Assembly: GCA_009103225.1 (NCBI GenBank)
Contig: RHPI01002918.1
Coordinates: 3,165-67,164 of the forward strand
Length of the DNA stretch: 64,000 nucleotides
Direction of reading: 5' to 3'
Source: Chlorokybus atmophyticus
Lineage: Eukaryota > Plantae > Mesostigma and Chlorokybus algae
Shown here: positions 46,318 to 60,700 of the stretch, in pieces
Layout of the letters: the number at the start of each line of letters is the position of its first letter
Numbering within the stretch: the first letter of the stretch is position 1
The notes under the pieces: model-generated
Told to the model about the DNA's origin: nothing
Database searches by the model: none
The model's input: the letters and a program-made list of their open reading frames with translations, nothing else
Position numbers and translations under genes: made by a program

Positions 46318-47350
46318 NGGGGGTTAACACGTCTAAAATCAGGCTGCAGGCAGCTCGCATGCGCGCATGTGAGTTTCCGCAGCCCGACTACTCAACTCCT
46401 GCGGCTGGAGGACGGAGAACGGCGGAGCACACAGCCAGCTGCCTCAGTTGCCGCCTGGCCGCGCCCTGGCCCACTTCCGCTCTCGCACTATTTCACAAAG
46501 GGACACAAGGCACTACAGTGTAGTGTGCGGCAGTGTACCGCCAACATCTTCTGGCACCAAGGACGGTGTGACCGTGTCTTTGCGGCAGCTGTTGACAGTG
46601 ACAGCAGCGGCTGCTACTTGCCGCCATCAAAACGTTGTCAGTCACATGATGTGACAGTGATTTTGTGCATCTGTTACCGATGCTGCGTTTCGTAAGCTTG
46701 CACTGTCCCGTCAGGTCCTGTGCTGGGCTGTCGTGTCTCTTTTCGTATACAGGAAGCGCAGGAGCTGATTGTTGGGGTCAACCTCGGATGCAGTATTTCG
46801 AAAGGAGCGCCGAGGGGCAAGTATGCCCACCCCAGTAAGTTGTTGAGTGGCTGGATGCATCTTGTTCGGCCGTCACCTAGCCTCCCCTACACGCACAGGT
46901 TGCACAGAATGTTGCAAGCAATTTACAGAGGGGCCAAACCTTATCGTGGGCATGGCCACTGTAGGGTGTGTTGAGGTTGGAGGTCGAGCTTGTTTGTCCA
47001 ACCACGCAGGCATGAGTGCGTTTGTGCATAGACATGCTGCAACCTGTCTTGGTCAGGCTGCTGACACTGTTAACGTGGGGCGCACCGTTGGGTGTCACTC
47101 ACCAGTATGCTGCAGTTACTCCGGTTGGTCCACTGTCTGTCTCCAGCATTGATGCAACATACTTTAGTTGCTATCCCAGGGTGTTATTCCAGGTGTCATG
47201 TCGAATGTTGTTGCGCCACTGGCGTTTTGCGTCCAACCTACTTGAGAATCATGCAATTGTCTGGTTCAACCCGCTATAACACTCGTGTTTCTCTATTCCA
47301 GCAGGAAACGCAAGACAATTCAGCTGTCCGTTTGTCTTCTGCAAGACAAC

Positions 47351-50300
47351 ATGGCTTCCGATACAACCATCACCACTCAAACAGCACCTGATGGGGAGCA
47401 AGCAACACTGGATGATGACCTTTGGTTCTTTCAAGGCGCTGTGATTATGCTGAACGAGATGGTGCACATCAAGCTTGATGCAAATCTGCTCAAAATTCTC
47501 TTAACAATGACATCCTCCCCGGCTGGCGCCAGCCCCATCTCGCATGCTTTGAACTCAGAAAGCAGGTGGTTCACAACTATTGCTGAAAGGTTTCAAGTCA
47601 ACATCGATGTGCACTGTGGCACCAGCAACGAAAAGTTCACCTCACCTGGTGCATCACGCCATGCCCATGTGGAATGTGATCGTGCCTCAAAGATGTTTGA
47701 TTACCACTGGTGAGTGGTTGGTAACTCCCCAACCCAGCCAGTCACTCAAGGTGCATGAAACATTTACCTGTACATTAGCTTCCATCAGATGTTGTAGACG
47801 TTAAGCACCCGGTTGTAACAGTGACAACTTTGAGTTTGGGGCGCCGTGGCCCACAGGACAGGTGTGCGGGTACGTCACGCATTGCAATTGGCCATGACTT
47901 TATTGAAGTTAGCTGGTTGGCGGCTGACTCTGCAGTGTACGGCAGGTCCCCACCACAGCACGCAACACATGCACCTGGTGGGCTTGGTGCAAGCACCAGC
48001 AACGTCGCACACATCAAGCAGGAGCCTCAGCAGCACTTGCCAGCTCGCAGCGCTCGAGACCAGCAGCGCAATCGCTGGACTGCTGACAAGCGCAAGAGGC
48101 AATCTCAGGTAGGATGTATGCCCTTGGTTCATGAGCGTGTGCTGTCTGCACATGTGGCCATGCATGTACACATGTTTTCTTTGTGTTGATCCCCAGGATA
48201 CAGCGCGCTTGATTGAAAACTCTGAGGCTGATGCAAGTCAAGAGGGCCGTAGGTTTGCTCATGGCAGTGTCCCAAAAGCAAACATGCGGTACACTCGCAC
48301 CTTCTCCCTCAGAGACTGGGAGCCATATCTGAAATCAATTCATGATCCATCGAGACGAGCAAAACTCATAGCTATGCTCAGAGACTATCATCGCCTCAGC
48401 TATGATTTCAAGATGGGGCGGTCGTACCGCGATGCAGTGGGGTTTATGGAGAATGTGGTGAATGGCATCGATAGTTGGCTCGCCACTGACGACTCTCTGG
48501 ACAGAACCAAGATAATGCTCATAACGTCTCCAACACAAGTAGGCAAAACAATTGCTGCAGCGATGGCCAAGAAGGCGGCCCAGCCCTATGTGGACTACGT
48601 TGTTGTGGTCACTGTGGGTGTTCGGATCCAACTGCAAATCATCAAGCGCTTCACAGCGTGGGGAATGGTGAGAAGTGTATGTTGTCGGCTTGCTCTGTCC
48701 CTCCGCAATCTCTTACTCAATTGGTCGCGCAGGACTCGCACAATACACGGCCTTCAATTCAACCAGTCACTGGTGAGAGGCTCGTGGTGACACGCAAGAC
48801 GGTTATTGCAGCAACGAGTGCACAGTTGAGCAAAGTGATTGACTACCTGACGAGAAGAGAAGGCGTCTTATGTCGTGATCTTGGACGAGGCTGATGCTGC
48901 CCTTCCTGGCACCAGAGCCAAACGCACCCAGTACGAGAACAAGGTCATGATGCTGCTCGGGCAGGAGGCAGTTAACCGAGACGTCACACTCGTCCCGCGG
49001 CTGGTGTTGTTCATCACAGCAACGCCTGTGCCGGTGTTCTTCATGATGAGCAGGTTTGGCATGGATTCTGATGATCCCAAGACGGACATTCTGCAAGTCC
49101 CGCCCACGCGAGACTACGTCGGAATCCCCAAGCTGAATGTCGTGAGCGATGGGGATGGACGGAGCACCTACCTCAACCCGAAGGAGAAGGTCCTGGACGG
49201 TGGAAGGTTGACCAAGAAGTATTGTGACTTGATACACCACATGGTAACAAAGGCACGCAGTGAACAGCAGTTCTACGGCCACCTCATACTGATGACCCGC
49301 TCCTACATAGATGAGGTGCGCCCCCCCACCCCCCACCCCCCGGCCCCCCTCTCTCTCTCTCTCNNNNNNNNNNNNNNNNNNNNNNNNNNNNNNNNNNNNN
49401 NNNNNNNNNNNNNNNNNNNNNNNNNNNNNNNNNNNNNNNNNNNNNNNNNNNNNNNNNNNNNNNNNNNNNNNNNNNNNNNNNNNNNNNNNNNNNNNNNNNN
49501 NNNNNNNNNNNNNNNNNNNNNNNNNNNNNNNNNNNNNNNNNNNNNNNNNNNNNNNNNNNNNNNNNNNNNNNNNNNNNNNNNNNNNNNNNNNNNNNNNNNN
49601 NNNNNNNNNNNNNNNNNNNNNNNNNNNNNNNNNNNNNNNNNNNNNNNNNNNNNNNNNNNNNNNNNNNNNNNNNNNNNNNNNNNNNNNNNNNNNNNNNNNN
49701 NNNNNNNNNNNNNNNNNNNNNNNNNNNNNNNNNNNNNNNNNNNNNNNNNNNNNNNNNNNNNNNNNNNNNNNNNNNNNNNNNNNNNNNNNNNNNNNNNNNN
49801 NNNNNNNNNNNNNNNNNNNNNNNNNNNNNNNNNNNNNNNNNNNNNNNNNNNNNNNNNNNNNNNNNNNNNNNNNNNNNNNNNNNNNNNNNNNNNNNNNNNN
49901 NNNNNNNNNNNNNNNNNNNNNNNNNNNNNNNNNNNNNNNNNNNNNNNNNNNNNNNNNNNNNNNNNNNNNNNNNNNNNNNNNNNNNNNNNNNNNNNNNNNN
50001 NNNNNNNNNNNNNNNNNNNNNNNNNNNNNNNNNNNNNNNNNNNNNNNNNNNNNNNNNNNNNNNNNNNNNNNNNNNNNNNNNNNNNNNNNNNNNNNNNNNN
50101 NNNNNNNNNNNNNNNNNNNNNNNNNNNNNNNNNNNNNNNNNNNNNNNNNNNNNNNNNNNNNNNNNNNNNNNNNNNNNNNNNNNNNNNNNNNNNNNNNNNN
50201 NNNNNNNNNNNNNNNNNNNNNNNNNNNNNNNNNNNNNNNNNNNNNNNNNNNNNNNNNNNNNNNNNNNNNNNNNNNNNNNNNNNNNNNNNNNNNNNNNNNN

Positions 50301-52815
50301 NNNNNNNNNNNNNNNNNNNNNNNNNNNNNNNNNNNNNNNNCTCCCCCTCTCTCTCTCCCTCTTGCTTGCGCCTCCTCCCTCTCCCTCTCCCTCTCCGTTT
50401 GCAATGTTGCTCTCGCTGCCCCGCTCTCTTCATCTTGCCCCTCTCCCCTTACACGCACATGCATGCAAGCAGATGGGCGCACCTACACGCACCTGCACAC
50501 TCAAACACGCATTTACTTGTCTTCCCCCTTCTGTGGCTTGCCCACCCCCCACCCCCCATCCCCCCTCTTCTTCTCTCTCTCACTGACATGCAGCTTACTG
50601 CAGGTGAGACGAGCAATCCAATGTCAGTTCAAAGAGAATAACAAAGATCCAATCGTCAGCATACTCAAGTACACTTGGCGTGGAGTTGAGGTGTACTACC
50701 CCGATGGACACTCCACCCACTTTGCAGCAGTAAGTTGTCAAACGGTAGGTAGTATGCATTGTCTTTGATGGCTATGCTAACTGTCGGTCTGCTTGCAGAA
50801 TGACTCTGGCGTTGCCAAAGCCACAATCACAAGCAAATGCGTTGTGTCTCTCGCTACCCCGCAGCTCATGCAGCGTGGCGCCAATCTGCCAATCTTTGTC
50901 GGGCAGGACAGTGCCACCCGCAGCTACCCCATAACACATGAAGCTCTCAATGCAGGCCCAGCTTTCACCATAGAGAACCTGTTGCATCTGCTCGGGCGCT
51001 GCACGGGCAACAGCAAGCAGGTGCTTGATGACATGGAAGTGGACGCACCTTTCATACTTTGCTTGGAGGGAGATCACAAAGCCGCAGAGAACTTGGCTAA
51101 TCTGACAGACATGATTATTGAGCTCATCAGACAGGTACCGAGTGTTACATGCGTATGCATGTCACGGTATCACAGGCCAGAATGTGGCCTAAATGCCCCA
51201 GCAACTTGCTGCCACGCATTCCATTCAATAATATTGCATGCAGGGCTACACCATCCAGGCGGCACTTGAGAAACAAATGCCGGCCAGCACTTACAATATA
51301 TTTTTATCGAGGATTCAGCTCGGGCCTCGCAGCAGACCCATGCAAAAGGACTTGCCTTACGTGCAGAAATTCGACCCCAGCCAAAAGGACTCCAACGCAG
51401 AGCATTTGTGCAAACTGAAGTTGGCGGAGGTTGCTGAGAACTTGACATTCCTTGGTGCACTTGATTTGACAACTGTGGGGCTGCCGTTTCCTACCACCAG
51501 TGCTGATGTCGGGAAGGTCATTGACTTTGCCAGAAACAAAGCCAAGGGTCGTACACTCCATGAAGACATCCGCATGGTGGCAAAAGCGAAGCTAAGAGCG
51601 GCAGGGCATGAAGACGCTGCAAATCTTAACATGGATGCAGAGTCAAGATTGCATGTTATGTCCGCACAGGATCTGTTGCCAGAACTCGCGCTGGATGAGA
51701 TTGAGCGGCTCATGAAGAAACCAAAACCTGGCAACCGGGTGCGTGCCATTCACAAGACACATACTAGTGTCTAGTTCTGCAGTTAAATCACCTTACCCTT
51801 CATGCAGGTGTATGAGGCAGTGGCAGATGCATTTGGCAATCAGGAAAAGTTCAGCAAGGTGATCTTGATACGAGACAACAATGAACTGAAGGTGGACCCG
51901 CGTGAGAAGTACCCGAAAGGCGTGCTGTATTTCCGGCCATTCCACTACCAAGATGAGATATTCTTTGCAATAGTACAACTCAAGCCTGCAATCAGCTCAC
52001 TGCGAGGCAACATGAGCGTGTGGTACCATGTGGCGTTGGTAACAACCGAGGCGGGGTCGCCGACAGTGGTGAAGGAGCGGAGGTTGGAAGATGTCAACCT
52101 GCACATTACCCCGACAGTCATGGTGTCGCTCACCTACCCGGTCCCGCCCATTCCAGATGATGAGACTGAAGCCGACGAGGTGCTGCAGGCGCATGCTTTA
52201 TGTTGTGCAGTAATGTCATTCCAAAAGCACTGTGCTGACACCAGACGCTGGCACTCACAATGTTGCAACGTGATGTTTCATGAAAGGTTGTCGATGTCAA
52301 TGAAGAGGACTTGACGGAGGCCTCGTCTGATGCGGAGCCACTGTGTGTGAGTACTGTCACAGTCTCCCGCTATCTTTGCTGACAACTCTGTTCCTAGGTT
52401 AATAAAAGGCGTTGCCCACGTTATAGCCTTGCTTGTAGCCCTGACTGCTTGGTCTGATATGGATGTTATAACTGCAGTTGAAGGTTCTTTCCATGTGCAG
52501 GACTTGCAGCATCTTGTGGATTTGGGAAACTTGCGGCGAAATACGGATATAAGCAAGCTGCTATACGCTTTGTGGTCCCTGCACAATGAAGACAGCACCC
52601 AGCTCATCACATATAAGCGCCTTTGTCGCATTGGCTACAACCCGAGGCCCAGCAATAGCAACACCATCAACACGCGGCTCGTGAAGAAATACCGCGTGCT
52701 GCGTCATGTATCTGACGCATGCTTTGCGTTGACTGCGTTTGGTTTGCGGCTGATGCAGCGCCTTTATTATCCTGATGAAGCACAGCTCCAGCAAACAGGA
52801 CAAGAAGCTTCTTAA
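47351..52815 (+). CDS. Large uncharacterised SF2-type ATPase/helicase-like protein with probable C-terminal winged helix; apparent frameshift near 48860; spans an assembly gap inside an intron
   Basis: Motif I ITSPTQVGKT; Ia VVVVT; Ib-like VIAATSAQLSKV; II VILDEAD; III FITATP; PPTRDYVGI; V-like LMQRGANLP; VI-like ENLLHLLGRCTG; C-terminal LLYALWSL..TINTRLVKKYRVLRHVSDACFALTAFGLRLM. Exons are linked by GT-AG sites. Confidence 0.65.
49364..50340. other. Assembly gap (N run) flanked by CT/C-rich sequence
   Basis: Continuous N run. Confidence 1.
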
Positions 52816-55696
52816 AGCGTGATACTCTGCTTACAAACCCTGGTTGTGTGAGTGTTACAAAGCATTGTGTAGCAAGTACTACTTGCATGCTTCATATGTA
52901 TGTTGCCTTGATTGGTGGAGTTTCTACGAAAGAGTTGTGCGACATCTTAGAGACATTGTCATAATAGTGCCGTTATGGGCAACGATAATGATATGACTCT
53001 ATGACATGCAATGAGATGATGACCAAGGGTCAGCAACCACAAGCAGTCAACATGTCAAGCATAGGACAAGTTGTTGTATCATACAACAAATGGCTTATAA
53101 GTAGCAGGGCCAGTCGGTGGGACATGGCAACATATGTCAAAAGCTTCAAGATGTGCTTGAAATATATTGCGCAACTTTCATGTCTATTACGTGATCTCTA
53201 ATACAAAAAATGCAAGCACATAAGTAGCATACTAAGTGCACTAGCCCCGTATCACTGTTGCTATAGTCAACCACAGAGGGTGGGCAACTACTTTGTACTG
53301 CAGTGAGCAAGCCGTCTACCAGTGGCTCACACCATGCACACCATGCACACGCAACAGCATGCAAGGTATGGTCAACGCATACAAGACAACCATAAACCAT
53401 AGACAAACAACACATTGAGTGGGGGCCACTGTACTAGCGCTATGTGCACTAGCTAGACCAGTGGAAGGAGTGGGGCTGAGAGTCCTGAAGGCACCAGGAA
53501 GGGTGAAGGATCACCTGCCAGCACAGCGCAGCATCTGCATATACAACCATTTGGTTTGCTAAGTCGTAGCATGTGATGCTTACACACGGCTGATGCATAT
53601 TGCCGTTGCCGTTTGCTGTATTGCAAGGGGCTATGATTGGCGGCTAAAAGCTTGGGGGCAGGGGCTGGTCATATCAATGGTTGTCAGCGGCGGCGGCATG
53701 GCTGCCATCATAGACAAATTTTGATGACTCTTCGTTTGCGCTAATGCTACTTACTGCTAATCTCATCTGCATTGGTAACGCAGATCATGGCAAGACCAAG
53801 TGCTGCCCGCCGGTCCTACCTTGCACGCATGCACATAGGAACCATCCCCTCTAACTTAGCCTAGTTCAGCTTCGGTAGTTGAGGTGGTTTGCGCGTGTGT
53901 ACACAAATGCGTGTGCGATATAAGATCTGCAATACACATACTCGCACGTGGCATATTTAAATGCGCATTTATTGTTGCATGTCATATGAATATACACGGC
54001 ACAATCCACCATCACATGGCTTGTGTAAGAGCGTAGAGTCTAGCAATGGCAAAAATGGTATTAACCACCGCTAGGCTAAGTGCTCATTATGTCAAGTTAT
54101 CTACCCCGAGCATGCATAGTTTGCATGCTTGCCGTTTATACACAGGTGACCCCTTAACAGGTAAGATTCTCGAAATTCAATATCCATACACAACACAATG
54201 CGTTTTCATATATGATTGGTTGCATGTCCTTGGTTTCAAAAGCTGTGCCTATCCTGCGCTTTGCAAGTTATAATTGTTCACTGCAACCTTGACCGCCTCA
54301 GCATGCCTCGAATTGCTAACCTGAGGGTTCTAGTCCAATGTGGTTTGGTTTCAGGTCATGTCTTAAGCTAGGCTAGGGTTAATGTTGGTGTAAGCTCTGT
54401 CTTGGCCCCTGCTAATTGAGTGTTTATGTGCTAGATGTTACTGTGTTTGTTGCCAACAAACACAAGCCGCTTGTGAATGATTGGCAATGCCTGTAACCAT
54501 GTAGAAACGATGGCATTCAATAAGTCACATGCTAGCTGAATGCGCCTGCCTTGGGCATGCGTGGTGAGGCTGTGTGTGTGTGTGGTTGCAAACTTTGTCT
54601 GCCTCATCTCACCCTTGATTGGTGTGCTTGGTTGTTTGCTACGTTGCCCTATATAGAAGCACACCCATTTCCCGGAGTGTGCTTTGCGCAGCTCCAAGTC
54701 TGTTAACTGTACCATGATGACTCTGTTTGGCTTCCAAGCCGCTTTGTCATCCCTCAAGTTTACCATATACAACCACTCGCCGGGCAACGTGCATGGTTGA
54801 TGTTAGGCAGCAGGTAGTAGCAGATCGGCAAAGCCACGATGAGCAAGTTGCCCTACAGCGATTTCATGCCACTGATTGCAACATGACGAAAAATAATCAG
54901 CCATCATGTTCTGTCCGCCACAGCATAATCATTACGGGCGCTTAAGTGCAAAAACGCCTACCATGCCATAATACCTATCACATTTTATGTTGAAAATTGT
55001 TCGCTGAATGATGACAATTGTGCGATATTAAGTGTGCGATTGTAGAATAATGTAAAGTAAACTGTTAAAAGCATATAATATAATATACATGATATTTGCA
55101 CGGTTACCATGTATAGTATTCGGTTTTTGATGGCTCGAGTGAACCCTTTTTCGTTGGTTGATTATTGCTATGAGTATTATTATCGCTGCTATGCTTGCCC
55201 TGATTTGCTATGGCTGCATTACGGCACTGATTCGGTGCTGCCCATTGGCTTTGCTCTTTGTGCACATAAACACAAATATACCTTCAATAAGCACAAGGAG
55301 TCCGTAACTCACTACACGACTATTACGAACAACCACAAGCGTAGGTCCACAATAATTTGTGGATGTAAGGGTATGAACTCATCGAGAGTAACACTTAGTA
55401 TTATAGGAGGCCCCTACTAAGATGAAACACCGTGGCGCGTAGCGCTGCTTGCGTGGCATCTGATTCATTTCAGCGCATAGATCTTTGCGCACCTTACTGC
55501 TGACTGACCAAAAAACCTTTGATATCACTATCATCAGACTCTACATCTTCACTGGCCGGCTGTACCAATGCGTTTATCACACTATATATTATTGCGAATT
55601 GCGCTGACCTCAGTTCTTTAACCGTGATCGTACCGGCATGCGAGTTTCTGCGCCTTACTTTGTGCTCAGCAGCGCGCTGTTGTAGTTGTGGCCATC

Positions 55697-57094
<1,398 letters not shown>

Positions 57095-57704
57095 ACAGGA
57101 CATCAGTTTCTTCCAAGTGCTGATAGGCTTGAGAATAGTGCTTAGTGTAAAAGAACGAGTTTACCCTGCACAGCATTGTTCAATGCGTTATTGTTACCAT
57201 TGCAACAATGCACAAGCAGCCATGGTAATTCATTGGGTGTGCAACAGGAGGCTTCGCATTAGCTTTTTGTACGTTTGCAAACACTGTGGTCATGGGGATG
57301 TTGTGAGATGTTTTGCCACCATGAACACCATTGAGATGTCGCGCACCTTGCAATTGCAAATTCAATGACGCCGTGCAGTGGCAAGTACATTTGAAAACCT
57401 TTATAAGCTGTATGCATTGAACATGTGGAGAATGTGTATATAGCCCTGTGCAACAACGAAGGTACAGCAAGCTAAGCAATACTCTCCAAAACTGGATTTA
57501 ATAAACGGTACAGAATGGGAAGGTGCAAGGGTAAGGTACAAGGGTTCTATGTGCAGAGACATGTAACTGTGACCTATCCGGCATAATATGATGAGACTGT
57601 TACTGCCAATAAATGCTTGGTGCAAGCAGCCGTGCAAACAGAAGCTGACCGATCTCATTAGCGGACAACGCCAGCTGAAGCTTTGACTGCCAGCGTGCTG
57701 CATC

Positions 57705-60700
57705 TCATGCAAAGGCAGTGCCGACGAAACGCACAAACCGCTGCGCATAGCTGTCGGGGTCAATGGCGGATATGGTGTTCCCGTCCTGGAACAAGCTCTT
57801 GTACGAGTGTTCAAGGTGCTTCGCAATGTTGTACTCCTGTAGTATGTCAATAATGCCAAAGAAGAGCACCACATCCTGGAGTTCATTCTTGGGGCACTGC
57901 TCCTCCTTGTCCTTGTACTTCATGGGGATCATTGTTGCCGCCATGTTAACGCCGAGCTGCACGCGTGTCTTGCCATAAGCAAATGCAAGGGCATCTGTAC
58001 CACCCTGGCCCACGGAGATTGGCTTGATATTGGCCAGTTGCATGCTAGGACTCGTCGTGAGAGAGCGCTGCGATGACTTACGGTAGCTGAGGCTGAGGTT
58101 AATCAGCTCGTCTTCGCTCATGGACTCGCGACGCCAGCTACGCATGACCTCAGTGGTCTTTTCCACCTCTCTCAACTTGCGCACATGGATACCGAGCAGC
58201 AGGCTGTAGTCCATGATGCGCTGCTCGGTGAGGAAGTCACAGTCGGCTTCCAGCTGGCGCAGCAGCTTCTCGCGCCATCCGGTTTCAAGCTTGAAGTACC
58301 ACTCAAGGTCTAAGTCTTTGAGGATAGTGAGCTCGTTGCGCTTCGCCGTGTCTGTCAAGCGGCCGAGAGTGGAGCCCTTTAGATCAAAGCGCATGTGCAT
58401 CGGGAGCTCTGATCGGAACAGGTTGCCCATTACCATGAAGCGCACTTTGCGGCCTTTGTGTGGTTTGATACGATGCAGGCCGTAGAACTTTGTGAGCAAC
58501 GTGTCATCGTACTCCATAACTTGACGGAAGTAGGCCGGTAGCATGTTGAGAAAGCTGTGCATCTCATGCTTGCGCATGGTCTTGATGATAAACCGGTCAT
58601 CTGCACTCAAAAAGAACACACTGCCGCTCTTGCCCGGCGACGCGAGTTCCCTCAAGGCTTGGTCCCCGCACAACGACATCATGTAATCTCCAGCGTCAAT
58701 TGTGAAACGCTCACGTAGTAACCTGTTCAGAAACAAATCAGTGCAACGAACCATATCATGTCACCATTCAACTGCTGACAGACAGTTACAAGAAAAACGT
58801 GTGCAGTAGTACACCAAAGCCAACCTTAAAAGCATGAGATGTGGGGAGCAAGCATCATGAGCTATCAGGCGAGCCAAACATCACCTGAACACCATTGGGC
58901 AGTAGTCCTTCCACTTGAAGTCTCCGGATGGATGTGGCGGGGTTTTCGAGCTGCCGTTGTGGGGGAACCGCTGAAATAAGGTGGCCTTGGAGCTGAAGTC
59001 CTCTTTTGTTAATGGTCTCAAGGGTACGGGTGTAATTTTGCCAACCGAGTAGCGAATACCAAGCTGCCAGCATAAACAGTGTTAATGTTGCAACAACCAC
59101 TCTCCAGCAAGCATGATCTGTACTGGCTTGCCAAGCTATTGACGGCGAACAATAATAGCGCTGCTGCATTCAACCTACCTGTAGATTGAGCATCAAGTCA
59201 TAGCTGCGATGCCCTTTGAATATAGTTTCTCCTGCCCTCTTCACATTGACACGTCGCCGTCGTCGCCTCCGAGTCTTGCGGTGCAACCTGGGGAGCTTGT
59301 CCAGCATCTGTGTAACCAGCCAGTGTCAGTGCAGGCGGCATGCACCTAGCACGCATTCAAGTAAAAGCTGCGCTAACACAACAACAAGCACGCTGCATCA
59401 ACGGACTCTCAACATATGGCAGGGGTGGCTCACGCTTGTAGGGTGGGACGCAACAACTGATATCATACTTCAACACGTACCTCCACAACTTCATTGACAA
59501 GGATGCCATGATGATATTCCCTCCGCAAAACTACAGGCTTTTCGCCTTCCTTGCGCAATGAGTGCTTGCTTTCGGCATTGTCACCTGATTTGTTCTCTTC
59601 CATAGATGAGGCCCCATTGTCGCGGATACTTGGCATGCCTTCCACCTCTGACTGCGGCGCTGGCGACAATCGCAGCCGATCCAAGGCAGCCTCAGTCCCC
59701 GAGTCTTCCCTTCCAGATGGTGCTGAAAGGCTGCGATGGTGCCAACGACGACCAGCACGCGGAGCTGCATAAGACACAAATACATCAGCCATTACACTTC
59801 AGAATAGAAGTCAGAAGTCAGGTAGATAGTCACCTGCCATACTTTCCCCTAGTTATCCTTCCCCCCCCANCGCACACATAAGACCACATGACATGATCGT
59901 CAGGCTTGGCGCAAAGTACCTGTCTGAGCGCCACTTGGATCTCCACTCTCGCTTCCACTCGTGTGCTCATTCTCTGCTTCCCCATCCGCTTCGGTGTCTA
60001 GACCCGTCTCATCAGCCTCCACAAGGGGGTCGTGCAGCTTTTGAAGCTCCGTAAGCTCCAATTTGTCCTCCAGTGGGTCCTGCTGACTAAAAGCGCGAGT
60101 GGTCTGCTTCAGGTGCCGTCTGGCTCTCCGAATGGACAGCAGAACCGCAGCGTAATACGTGCCAGTGCCTGCAGCAACCCAGTGTCATGCAAGAAGCAAC
60201 CATTCGGTTCCTTGAGTCACAAGGTGCATATGCATATGCACAAGCAATGCTGACAAACACGGTGATGTAAGTCAGCACTGCAGATTCTTGGACAAAACTT
60301 GCATTGCCAGCAAGGGCGCAGTCACCCACGACTTGTGTGTTGTCTAGTCATGAGCAATTGCAGCGTGCGGGGTCGGTAGTGGTGTGTGTGTGTGNNNNNN
60401 NNNNNNNNNNNNNNNNNNNNNNNNNNNNNNNNNNNNNNNNNNNNNNNNNNNNNNNNNNNNNNNNNNNNNNNNNNNNNNNNNNNNNNNNNNNNNNNNNNNN
60501 NNNNNNNNNNNNNNNNNNNNNNNNNNNNNNNNNNNNNNNNNNNNNNNNNNNNNNNNNNNNNNNNNNNNNNNNNNNNNNNNNNNNNNNNNNNNNNNNNNNN
60601 NNNNNNNNNNNNNNNNNNNNNNNNNNNNNNNNNNNNNNNNNNNNNNNNNNNNNNNNNNNNNNNNNNNNNNNNNNNNNNNNNNNNNNNNNNNNNNNNNNNN

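Noticed and set aside
46319-46345. GGGGGGTTAACACG.. as a possible transposon TIR bounding the helicase-like gene
   Set aside because: I found no matching inverted copy downstream, and it sits at an N junction.
48803-50768. Very long ORFs (376-588 aa) across the first gap, and similar ones at 60304-61337
   Set aside because: Their length comes from N runs read as X; only the flanking exons are real.
53400-53460. Possible Helitron 3' end (hairpin plus CTAG) after the helicase-like gene
   Set aside because: No convincing hairpin, and no Rep/Pif1 (SF1) motifs in the gene.
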